From Chloroflexus sp. (lineage in GTDB: Bacteria; Chloroflexota; Chloroflexia; Chloroflexales; Chloroflexaceae), in NCBI RefSeq assembly GCF_049970315.1, contig NZ_JBMFNE010000014.1:18529-82528 (forward strand): 64,000 bases of DNA. The letters are read 5' to 3'. The notes beneath the pieces are model-generated. The model did no database searches and had not been told where the DNA came from. It was given only the letters and a program-made list of their open reading frames with translations. Of the stretch, positions 1 through 8,156 are shown piece by piece (positions within the stretch are counted from its first letter, which is position 1; every line of letters begins with the position of its first letter). The position numbers and the translations under genes are program-made.

Positions 1-819
1 GTTGAGGCTGAAGAGCGCCGTATTATCCTCGACGCCGGTACCGGTTTACGCCTACTCGGTGCGTCCCTTCAGCAGCAACATACAACATTGCATCATATTG
101 ATCTCTTGATAACGCACACCCATTGGGATCATATCATAGGTTTTCCTTTTTTTGCGCCTCTCTTCGATCCCAATCTGAAACTCGATATCTACGGCCTCGC
201 CCGTACTCAATCGAGTTTGCGAACGACACTGGCCGGTGCGTTGAGCGACCCGCTGTTGCCGCTCACTATGGATGATCTGCGGGCACAGATTAACTTTTTC
301 GAGATCGGTGCCGGTCATTGTTTTGAATTGGGTCCGGTACAGGTGCGAACGGCGCTTGCCAATCACCCGTACCGCGCACTCGCGTATCGGCTAGAGACGC
401 CGGACGGTGTGCTCACCTTCATCCCCGATACCGGCCCGTTTCATACCGTCCTGTTTGGCGAAGAGCGCATTGAGTGGACCGGTCAGCCTACAGCGCGGAG
501 TCAGAGTGATCTACGGGCATTGGCGGCGATGAAAGCAGCGATTATTGAATTGGCTTACGAGTCTGATTGGCTGATCTATGATGCGCAATTCACCGATGCC
601 CAGTATGCCCGCTTTCCCCATTGGGGCCACAGCAGCGCTTCCCAAGCCCGTGAAATCGCCGAAGAAGCACGGGTGCGCCAGTTGATATTGTTTCATCACG
701 ATCCCCACCGGACAGATGAGGAACTCGACCGCATCGTAGCCGAACAGCAGGCGATGGCAGCACCGGGGTTGTTGGTAACGGCAGCATTTGAGGGAATGGA
801 ATTACGGAGGTCGCGATGA
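1..819 (+). CDS. MBL-fold metallo-hydrolase (RNase Z/phosphodiesterase-like), 5' end outside the window
   Basis: Frame is open from base 1 (VEAEERRIILDAGTG). Intact HTHWDH metal motif plus HP, DT, GHS and FHHDP motifs. Confidence 0.85.
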   Translation, partial: VEAEERRIILDAGTGLRLLGASLQQQHTTLHHIDLLITHTHWDHIIGFPFFAPLFDPNLKLDIYGLARTQSSLRTTLAGALSDPLLPLTMDDLRAQINFFEIGAGHCFELGPVQVRTALANHPYRALAYRLETPDGVLTFIPDTGPFHTVLFGEERIEWTGQPTARSQSDLRALAAMKAAIIELAYESDWLIYDAQFTDAQYARFPHWGHSSASQAREIAEEARVRQLILFHHDPHRTDEELDRIVAEQQAMAAPGLLVTAAFEGMELRRSR

Positions 820-1658
820 AGGTGCGTTTCTGGGGAGTACGTGGCTTTGTCCCGACTCCCCACGAGGCGATGTTGCGTTACGGTGGTAATACGTGCTGTA
901 CGGCCGTAACCGGTGACTGTGGTGAATTGATCGTCCTTGATACCGGTACCGGTTTCTGTATGTTGGGCGATGAATTGATGCAGGGGGAGTTCGGGCGTGG
1001 CCGTGGTACGCTGACCCTTTTGATTAGCCATACCTATTGGGATCACATCCTTGGTCTTCCTTTCCCCGGTGTCGTCCACATTCCCGGTAATCGCCTCGAT
1101 ATCTACGGCCCCGACAGCACCCGTGGCTCGTTACAGATGGTCTACGATGGTATGCTCTCACCGGTCTATTCACCGGTTTACGGTTTGGCCCATATTGGTG
1201 CCACTCATCGCTTTACAACTATCTCGACCGAGCCGTTTACCATTGGGCGACTGACAGTACGCGCTTTACCACTCTCACGTCATTCGCATTCTCCGATCTG
1301 GGCCTACCGCTTGGAAGAGGATTCCCGTGTGCTGGTATACATAACTGATGTGCGCTACAACGAAGATAGGATTCGGGAACAGGCCATCGCCTTTGCCCGC
1401 AATGCTCATGTCCTGATCCACAGCGCACCATACTTGCGTGATGAGCTGGTCGAAGACTATGGCCATAGCCGGATTGAAGACGCGATTGAGGTTGCCCAAC
1501 AAGCCGGTGTCGAGCGATTGTTCATTTTTCACCATGCCCCGACCCGAACCGACGATGAACTCGATGCCATTGCTGCCCGCTTTCGTGCTCAGTTGGCAGC
1601 GCAGGGTAGTTCGTTGTCCTTTGCGATTGCGGCGGAGGGGATGGAACTGCTGGTGTGA
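816..1658 (+). CDS. MBL-fold metallo-hydrolase paralogue with altered metal motif
   Basis: N-terminus MKVRFWGVRG...YGGNTCC, DTGTG, HTYWDH, GHS, FHHAP. ATGA overlap with the upstream paralogue. Confidence 0.85.
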   Translation: MKVRFWGVRGFVPTPHEAMLRYGGNTCCTAVTGDCGELIVLDTGTGFCMLGDELMQGEFGRGRGTLTLLISHTYWDHILGLPFPGVVHIPGNRLDIYGPDSTRGSLQMVYDGMLSPVYSPVYGLAHIGATHRFTTISTEPFTIGRLTVRALPLSRHSHSPIWAYRLEEDSRVLVYITDVRYNEDRIREQAIAFARNAHVLIHSAPYLRDELVEDYGHSRIEDAIEVAQQAGVERLFIFHHAPTRTDDELDAIAARFRAQLAAQGSSLSFAIAAEGMELLV

Positions 1659-1718
1659 CAGCGACCGTTGCACTATTCAATTACTACGCATGGTGAACAG
1701 TTTCTTACTCTGCGCATC

Positions 1719-1747
1719 TTGCACGACGGGTAGGGGCGTAGTAGAAT
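1719..1747 (+). promoter_or_regulatory. Sigma70-type promoter upstream of hpf
   Basis: TTGCAC (1719-1724), 17 bp spacer, TAGAAT (1742-1747). Confidence 0.6.
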
Positions 1748-1862
1748 ACAGGCAAAGCTTTTCAGTTATGCTACCGAAGTGGAGCATTAGGTTCGGGAGT
1801 AATGTACTATGACCCTGTTGTTTGGTCAAGCTGCTCCACAACCCGTTACCTTTTGAGAAATA

Positions 1863-1907
1863 GCTCGGTCTTCACCGCGCTGATGGTAAAGGCCGGGCTG
1901 TTTTTTT
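1863..1907 (+). terminator. Intrinsic terminator inside the hpf 5' leader
   Basis: Stem GCTCGGTCTTCACC / GGTAAAGGCCGGGC (with G-U pairs and one mismatch) followed by TGTTTTTTT. Confidence 0.6.
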
Positions 1908-1955
1908 ATCGCCGGTCACTCAACGATGAGTGGCGTCAGCGGATGGAGGAAACCG

Positions 1956-2549
1956 ATGGAGTTTACCATCAAGAGCCGAAACGGCAAAATCTCAGATCGC
2001 CAGCGTGCGCATATCGAGGAGAAGCTCTCCAAGCTTGGGCGTTATCTGAACGGCATTACCAGTATCACCGTCGAAGTACAACACGAACACCAGCGTAATG
2101 TCGGTGAAGTCTATCGAGTGCAGACGACGCTGGTGGCCGAGCATGGCGTCATCCTACGCGCTGAAGAGCGTGCCGCCGACCTCTATGCCGCAATCGATGA
2201 AGTGCAGGAGGTATTGCAGCGCCAAATTCAGCGCTACAAAGACAAATATTGGCGGCGAAGCCGCGAATTGCGGCGCGCGACTAATGGGTTAACTCCGGCT
2301 GAAGAAGTGGCGATTACCGAAGCTGAAGCCGAAACGATGACGGCTCCGGCTGAAACCGAACCGGTCGCGAAGGTCATTCGAACGAAGACGTTCCGGCTGC
2401 GTCCAATGTTCGTTGATGATGCAATCGAGCAAATGGAGTTACTCGGCCACAACTTCTTCGTCTTTCAAGATGCCGAGACAATGCAGATTAGTGTGTTATA
2501 TCGCCGGCGTGATGGCAACTACGGCGTAATTGTGCCAGAAGTCGGATAG
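1956..2549 (+). CDS. hpf: Long-form ribosome hibernation promoting factor (RaiA/HPF)
   Basis: MEFTIKSRN...EEKLSKL...DLYAAIDEV plus the C-terminal S30AE-like domain (MFVDDAIEQMELLGHNFFVF). RBS GGAGGA at 1945-1950. Confidence 0.92.
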   Translation: MEFTIKSRNGKISDRQRAHIEEKLSKLGRYLNGITSITVEVQHEHQRNVGEVYRVQTTLVAEHGVILRAEERAADLYAAIDEVQEVLQRQIQRYKDKYWRRSRELRRATNGLTPAEEVAITEAEAETMTAPAETEPVAKVIRTKTFRLRPMFVDDAIEQMELLGHNFFVFQDAETMQISVLYRRRDGNYGVIVPEVG

Positions 2550-2568
2550 TATTGTCGTGGGTAGCGTT

Positions 2569-2609
2569 ATCCTGCCGCAGAACTCGATGACCGCGTTCTA
2601 CGGCAGGAT
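2569..2609. terminator. Hairpin between convergent hpf and DUF4190 genes
   Basis: ATCCTGCCG ... CGGCAGGAT inverted repeat with inner AGAAC/GTTCT pairing. Confidence 0.5.
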
Positions 2610-2654
2610 TGTTGTATGTCACGTTATGAGATGTAAGATGGGATCTCGATCTTG

Positions 2655-3041
2655 TTAGCTGGCAACCATCGCTATAGCCACACAGAGCGCTACCAGCGTC
2701 AGCGCGATGTGCGCATATCCCAATCCCAGCCCCAGCATAGCCAGACCGTTCCCGACCACTGTGCCATTGCTACGCTTAATCGCCCCTTGTCCGAGATGTC
2801 CACACACGATGGCCGGTACCGCCAGTAAGAGGGGGATGAAAAACAGAATCCAGGTCGTGATCCCGAAGATCAAGCTGGCAATTGCCAACCGGCTATTATG
2901 GGTTGGCGTGAGGTTGATGGTGGTATTAAGTACCGGTGCAGGCGTTCGGTCGGCTACTCCCAGGGCCTGACCGCATACCGGACAAAACCGCTCGTTACCG
3001 GTAAAGACATGACCGCAAATCGGGCACTGTCGCACGGTCAA
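2655..3041 (-). CDS. Zinc-ribbon plus DUF4190-like membrane protein
   Basis: CPICG...CPVCG, then LAIASLIFG...AIVCGHLG...GNGLAMLGLGLGY hydrophobic pattern. Confidence 0.7.
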   Translation of the reverse strand: MTVRQCPICGHVFTGNERFCPVCGQALGVADRTPAPVLNTTINLTPTHNSRLAIASLIFGITTWILFFIPLLLAVPAIVCGHLGQGAIKRSNGTVVGNGLAMLGLGLGYAHIALTLVALCVAIAMVAS

Positions 3042-3062
3042 TACTCCTTTTCTCGCAAATCA

Positions 3063-3881
3063 CTACGTGGATGAGGTTGCGAGCGCCCGCACCTGTGCGC
3101 CGATATCACCTGCTGTCACCAATGCCTCGCCGACTAGGATGGCATCGGCGCCATAGCTACGCACTTCGGCAACGTGCTCTGGCGTAAAGATACCGCTTTC
3201 ACTCACCAGTAATGGGCGGTGCGGTGGAGGTGGTAAAGCGTCGGCAATCATCTTCGTCGTGGTGCGGTCGGTGACAAACCGATGCAGATCGCGGTTATTC
3301 ACGCCGATGATCGGGGGTTGGAGCGATAACGCACGTTCAAGTTCGGCGATAGTATGCACCTCGATCAGCGCATGCATTCCCAACTCGTAGGTAAGAACAA
3401 ACAAATCGCGGAGGAGCGCATCGTCAAGCGCAGCGACGATCAGTAACAACGCATCGGCGCCGTAGGCACGTGCTTCGTAGACTTGGTACGGATCGATAAT
3501 AAAATCCTTACGCAGCAGTGGGGTACCGACCTTCTGTACTTCAGGGAGCTTGCGGATGCCGGCTAGATACAGCAAACTGCCTTGAAAGAAGCGCCGGTCG
3601 GTGAGCACCGAAATCGCGGCAGCACCATTCGCCACGTAAGTGCGGGCGAGCGACAGATGATCGAAATCGGTGAGCAATACCCCCCGACTCGGCGATGCTT
3701 TCTTGACCTCGGCAATCAGTGCGGTACTCGGTGTGCGACGGAGGGCTGCCGCAAAATCGCGCACTGGTGGCGCTCGATGAACCTTCTCGCGCAATTCTAC
3801 CAGAGGGATTTTCGCTTGCTGTCGGCGGACCTCAAGCTGTTTATGGGCCACAATCTGTTCAAGGATGGATGGTTCAGGCAT
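3063..3881 (-). CDS. trpC: Indole-3-glycerol phosphate synthase
   Basis: IAEVKKASPSRG, AISVLTD, LRKDFIIDPYQ, GVNNRDL and SESGI motifs. Confidence 0.95.
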   Translation of the reverse strand: MPEPSILEQIVAHKQLEVRRQQAKIPLVELREKVHRAPPVRDFAAALRRTPSTALIAEVKKASPSRGVLLTDFDHLSLARTYVANGAAAISVLTDRRFFQGSLLYLAGIRKLPEVQKVGTPLLRKDFIIDPYQVYEARAYGADALLLIVAALDDALLRDLFVLTYELGMHALIEVHTIAELERALSLQPPIIGVNNRDLHRFVTDRTTTKMIADALPPPPHRPLLVSESGIFTPEHVAEVRSYGADAILVGEALVTAGDIGAQVRALATSST

Positions 3882-3951
3882 AGCGTTGGTTGGGTAGAAT
3901 TATGGGTGATCACATTTTTAGAGAGGTCTCCGCGTTTCTTATTTACTAGAG

Positions 3952-4542
3952 CTACGGTCTGCGAATACGGATCTGACCTAGTTCGGTAATTTCACCGTTA
4001 CGTACTTCAACACGAATCGCCGATCCCGGCTCACCATTAGGCGCGGGAATGAGAAAGTTAGTAGCCGGTGTCCAGATTGCGAGTGAATAAACACCCGCCG
4101 GTACGTCTCGGATAACGAAATTGCCTTGATTATCAGTAGCACCCTTTTGTGAATCGAGTGAGAAGGAGATAACCGGTCCGGTCGTATTATCGGTAATCGT
4201 GGCTAAGAATACAAAAAGCTGCGCAATTGGTTTACCCTCAGTATCAAGCAGCACGCCGCGGATTGCACCCTTGGTACTATCAACAACAATGGGTGGGGTG
4301 GGTTCTGGAGTTGAAGCAGAAACTGTTGCTTCAAGTACTGGATACGGGCTGGCTGACATTATAGGTTCAGCATTTGGTACAGGATAGACAGAAGATGTAT
4401 TGGGAACATTTGGCGTTATTACCGGATATCCTTGTGATGATGCGTTTGACGAGTCGACAACTGTTGGTGTAGCTTGAGGAGTTGTAGTCGAGCAAGCACT
4501 TAACACAATCAGTATGACAGTTAGTAATAAACGATACATCAT
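3952..4542 (-). CDS. Putative lipoprotein with Ser/Thr/Pro linker and carboxypeptidase-regulatory-like (beta-sandwich) C-terminal domain
   Basis: Signal peptide with lipobox VLSAC; GAIRGVLLD...ATDNQGNFVIRDVPAGVYSL pattern. Start re-assigned to ATG at 4542 or 4539. Confidence 0.65.
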   Translation of the reverse strand: MMYRLLLTVILIVLSACSTTTPQATPTVVDSSNASSQGYPVITPNVPNTSSVYPVPNAEPIMSASPYPVLEATVSASTPEPTPPIVVDSTKGAIRGVLLDTEGKPIAQLFVFLATITDNTTGPVISFSLDSQKGATDNQGNFVIRDVPAGVYSLAIWTPATNFLIPAPNGEPGSAIRVEVRNGEITELGQIRIRRP

Positions 4543-4667
4543 GTGAAACCTTCCAACACAAGCAGAAATAGGACCGTAACAAATACAGCCCTCGCACGAA
4601 GAAGTACAATACAACTTGTCAAGGAGCAAGGATGAAATAATTCTCATCCTTGCTCCGCATCGTAAAG

Positions 4668-6029
4668 CTATGGTTGTTTGATGAGAGCGTTGTATGCGTA
4701 TAGTTGATCCTGTGTTGCACCAACGTTCTGGTTGCTTTGATTGATCACACAAATGATATCCTGATCCGAAGTGATTTCAGCGGAGCCGATAAAGCCGTTT
4801 GGCAGTGAATTATCAAATTGCTGCAGCATAGCAAATGATTGATTCACCGCTAGGCCGGAAACCTTCTGTTGTGGCAGTAGAGTTACCGGACCACCACCAG
4901 CTTCACCGTTGAAGGCAACTGAAATATTGGCCGGTCCGTTACCAATATTCTGGCAAGTGATGGAGCTCTGGAAGCCGTAGTAATTCTTCATTACAATGGG
5001 TGCTACCCAGGATTTAGAACCACTGGAAAAACCCTCGTAGGTTGTTGCTAGTCTGCTACCGCTGCGTGACTCGTTCACTGTGACGATGATGGGTTCGTTA
5101 GTACTTGTCACAACTGCGCTGTAGGTCGAGTTGGAGGGGGGCAGTAGATTGAAATCGAGAAAAGTATGTGAAGCCCCACTGCTCAAGGTGACAGTATGGG
5201 TATCGCCATTTGAATATTGTATTGTTACGGATGTCGGACCTGTACCGACATTCTGAACGCTGGTTGCAGTGTTATATCCATAGTAGTTGCTCATAACGAG
5301 AGGAACGTAAGCAGTTTTTGAACCTCCGCTAAATGCAGTATACGCATAGAGCTGTTGATCATATGGACCCTTCCCGTAGATTTGTACGATGGCGGCTAAC
5401 GGTTGGGAGCCTTCGATTACCGCCGAATAGATCTTATTATTAGAGAACACGACACGATTTTCATGGGTCACAGTACTTGAACCATTTGGCATAAGAGCGA
5501 TTGTCTCACTCGTTATTTCAGTCGATCCGTCATAGTATTTGATTGTTACGTTGTTGTTAGAAGCAGAGGCATTCATGATGCGAAACGACGTATAGTAATT
5601 GTAATAATTATCGTACACACCGGGAACGTATAGTTTGTTTGCTGGTGATGATACACCAACGAATGTATCGCCAGAATCGCTATCCGAGTAATTAACAACT
5701 GCTGCTACCGGCTGATCGCAGCTAATAATAGCTGAAAAGACACCTGACGGGAACGAAGGTACACTAGGTGTATACACATATGCACTTTTTCCGGGGTTAA
5801 TGGAAGGTAAAGGGCTATTGAAGCTTTGACCCCCTGAAGTATTATATACGGAGTATGTACATGTAGCATTACTACTACCGAGGTTTTGAACACGGAATGC
5901 AGTAGAAAAAGGCCCGCCAGGTACACCACTATCTGGATTTGGCTGCGCCAGTACTAAGTTGTTTGGCGCAATTGCCACGCTGACTATTAAAGCTAGTACC
6001 GCCAGAATGATCCACCGTGATTGCAACAT
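4668..6029 (-). CDS. Secreted protein with four internal repeats of about 105 aa, unknown function
   Basis: N-terminal signal peptide, RBS GGAGGT, recurring xxQNxG and SAxIxxxQPxxxxVN motifs. Confidence 0.8.
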   Translation of the reverse strand: MLQSRWIILAVLALIVSVAIAPNNLVLAQPNPDSGVPGGPFSTAFRVQNLGSSNATCTYSVYNTSGGQSFNSPLPSINPGKSAYVYTPSVPSFPSGVFSAIISCDQPVAAVVNYSDSDSGDTFVGVSSPANKLYVPGVYDNYYNYYTSFRIMNASASNNNVTIKYYDGSTEITSETIALMPNGSSTVTHENRVVFSNNKIYSAVIEGSQPLAAIVQIYGKGPYDQQLYAYTAFSGGSKTAYVPLVMSNYYGYNTATSVQNVGTGPTSVTIQYSNGDTHTVTLSSGASHTFLDFNLLPPSNSTYSAVVTSTNEPIIVTVNESRSGSRLATTYEGFSSGSKSWVAPIVMKNYYGFQSSITCQNIGNGPANISVAFNGEAGGGPVTLLPQQKVSGLAVNQSFAMLQQFDNSLPNGFIGSAEITSDQDIICVINQSNQNVGATQDQLYAYNALIKQP

Positions 6030-6230
6030 AAGAAACCTCCTAACCTAAATAACAGACGAAACGTTACGGGCACATTGTAAAGGGTGCCGAGGAAAACGTC
6101 TATACCAACTTTGGGTGTAGCGTTGTAAAGTCAAGTGGTATTGCGCCATAATCCTAGTGGAGTTAAGGTTTTGCCGACGAATAATTCAAACGGGTTATTG
6201 ACATTATATAAGTCATTTTGCTGCGGTATT

Positions 6231-7199
6231 TTATTCAGCGGCATAAGGTGTGTCTGATCTAGGTTCATTCGTCGAACGGTGCCGCATTAAAAGCAGTATA
6301 GCAGAGGTAATCAAGCTCGAAGACATATCGCTCAGATTGTAGATTATTCTGATTATAAACACAACTATCACAACTTGGGGAAGATCCATAAAGCGATTGA
6401 GGAGTGCTCCGAGAGCAAGATCTCTAAGCAAAGCACTTATTGGCAGAAATTGCAAGACTAGACCGGCCAAACCGCTCATAGTACTTAATAGAACAGTATC
6501 TTTTAAGGTCAGAGGTGTCACACTTAGCGGGGCTGCCAGTAGATACAAAATGGTTGCACCTAGTAACCATGCCGTTGAATAGCCACACCAATACCAGATT
6601 AATTGCCAAGATGAGCGTAGATGATAACATTCCGGCCTACGAACTATAAGCAGTTTGAAAAAGAGCCAAGAAAGAATAAGACTAAGTAACACTGTTAAGC
6701 TCTGCCATATCGGCGACGATAGACTCACAACGATAATAATGCTCGTACCTGACATCGTTAGTAGCACTAATTCGGCAATGCTGACCCATAATACAGTAGT
6801 TTTAGAAAGATGAAGCGCACGATATACAGTAACACGTCCCAACCATTTCCACCAACCGCCCGGTAAGCGCCCCATTAAATAAGTCTGCATGAAGTCATCG
6901 AAGCCTTGATACCAGTTCTGCTGGCGATATCCTATCATGTTGATCCAGATCGTTGCTTGAATAACTAGTGATGTTATATACAAAAGCAAACAAGTAACGA
7001 ACTTCTGTATTGATAATGAATTCCAGACTACAGGAATTATCTGTCGGTTTTGGTAAAAAATAATTCCTGTCAATCCTAGAAAAAATAAATTGACAATAGC
7101 TCTAACTATTATATTCGTTGATGGTTTTTTTAGAATTGCAGAGATATGCTCGATAATGTTGTGAATATTTATTGATGTCATGTTTTTTGTAATGCCCAA
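6231..7199 (-). CDS. Multi-pass membrane protein, UPF0104/lysylphosphatidylglycerol-synthase-TM (flippase-like)
   Basis: Several hydrophobic segments, YLMGRLPGGWW motif, position within the glycan gene cluster. Confidence 0.6.
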   Translation of the reverse strand: MGITKNMTSINIHNIIEHISAILKKPSTNIIVRAIVNLFFLGLTGIIFYQNRQIIPVVWNSLSIQKFVTCLLLYITSLVIQATIWINMIGYRQQNWYQGFDDFMQTYLMGRLPGGWWKWLGRVTVYRALHLSKTTVLWVSIAELVLLTMSGTSIIIVVSLSSPIWQSLTVLLSLILSWLFFKLLIVRRPECYHLRSSWQLIWYWCGYSTAWLLGATILYLLAAPLSVTPLTLKDTVLLSTMSGLAGLVLQFLPISALLRDLALGALLNRFMDLPQVVIVVFIIRIIYNLSDMSSSLITSAILLLMRHRSTNEPRSDTPYAAE

Positions 7200-8131
7200 A
7201 CTTTAATACTTGCCAGTCCAGTCCGCTCTGTTATATACTGAAGAGGGAAGAATAGTAGCCTCCCAATTGGTGAAGTGTATATTTTTTGAAGTATGGATAA
7301 GGCTATTTGTTTGCTTCCGCTCAGATCTTGTTGTAGAAATGATAGCGAATGACCGAGCAATGCGTAAGTACCGAGGAAACATTTATGCTGGCGCACAGTA
7401 AAACCAGTTTGTTTAACCAATTCAAAAAGTGTAATACTCGGTAAGACAAATAAATGTCGTGGCAAGTCCCAACCACACCAATATTTGCCAAATATTACTC
7501 TACTCAGACTCTCATAATTTGGCACTGCAATGATTGCAATTCCATTAGGTTTGAGTGAATGATAGACCTTCTGGATGACTAATTTGGGATCGGATAAATG
7601 TTCAAACACATTCCACATTGTAACTACATCAAATGTACAGTCGGATAGCGACACTTGCTCTACTAATGAATTAATTACCGGTATCCCAAATCGCTGTCTG
7701 ACATAATTTGCGGCAGTTGTTGTTGGTTCTATGCCGTGCAGTTGCCATCGGCCACTCATCTGCATTTCTTCTAGAAACGCACCTGTACCACAGCCAATGT
7801 CAAGCAACACTCCATTTTGGGTAAATTGTTCAACGAAATGACGCATTTTCAAAGTATATCGCCGTCGAAGCCAACGGCGGATACGTGATGGTTCATCAGC
7901 TAATGCGGAAATGTAGGAGTCATAATCTCCTTGATAATACTTTTGTAATTCATCCCACGGCAATTTCGGCCATTGATAGAATGTACCACAGTAGGAGCAA
8001 CGCACAATTTGAAATACACCGGGCAAACGCATCAGACGGTCAGGTCCACTAAATACTGGAATTGCACCAGTGTGGTTGCATATTTTGCAGATAGCCTCTG
8101 GTATGAAGGATGTAGAGTGGGGGATTGTCAT
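7178..8131 (-). CDS. Class I SAM-dependent methyltransferase (glycan-cluster type)
   Basis: N-terminal CxxC...CxxC, LLDIGCGTGAF, FDVVTMWNVFEHL, DLPRHL. Confidence 0.82.
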   Translation of the reverse strand: MTIPHSTSFIPEAICKICNHTGAIPVFSGPDRLMRLPGVFQIVRCSYCGTFYQWPKLPWDELQKYYQGDYDSYISALADEPSRIRRWLRRRYTLKMRHFVEQFTQNGVLLDIGCGTGAFLEEMQMSGRWQLHGIEPTTTAANYVRQRFGIPVINSLVEQVSLSDCTFDVVTMWNVFEHLSDPKLVIQKVYHSLKPNGIAIIAVPNYESLSRVIFGKYWCGWDLPRHLFVLPSITLFELVKQTGFTVRQHKCFLGTYALLGHSLSFLQQDLSGSKQIALSILQKIYTSPIGRLLFFPLQYITERTGLASIKVWALQKT

Positions 8132-8156
8132 AGTGACACATCCAAATATATAACAT

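Noticed and set aside
1659-1955. raiA-motif ncRNA upstream of hpf/raiA
   Set aside because: I could not find the conserved raiA-motif sequence blocks as I recall them, and comFC is not upstream. Kept only as an unknown leader pending an Rfam search.
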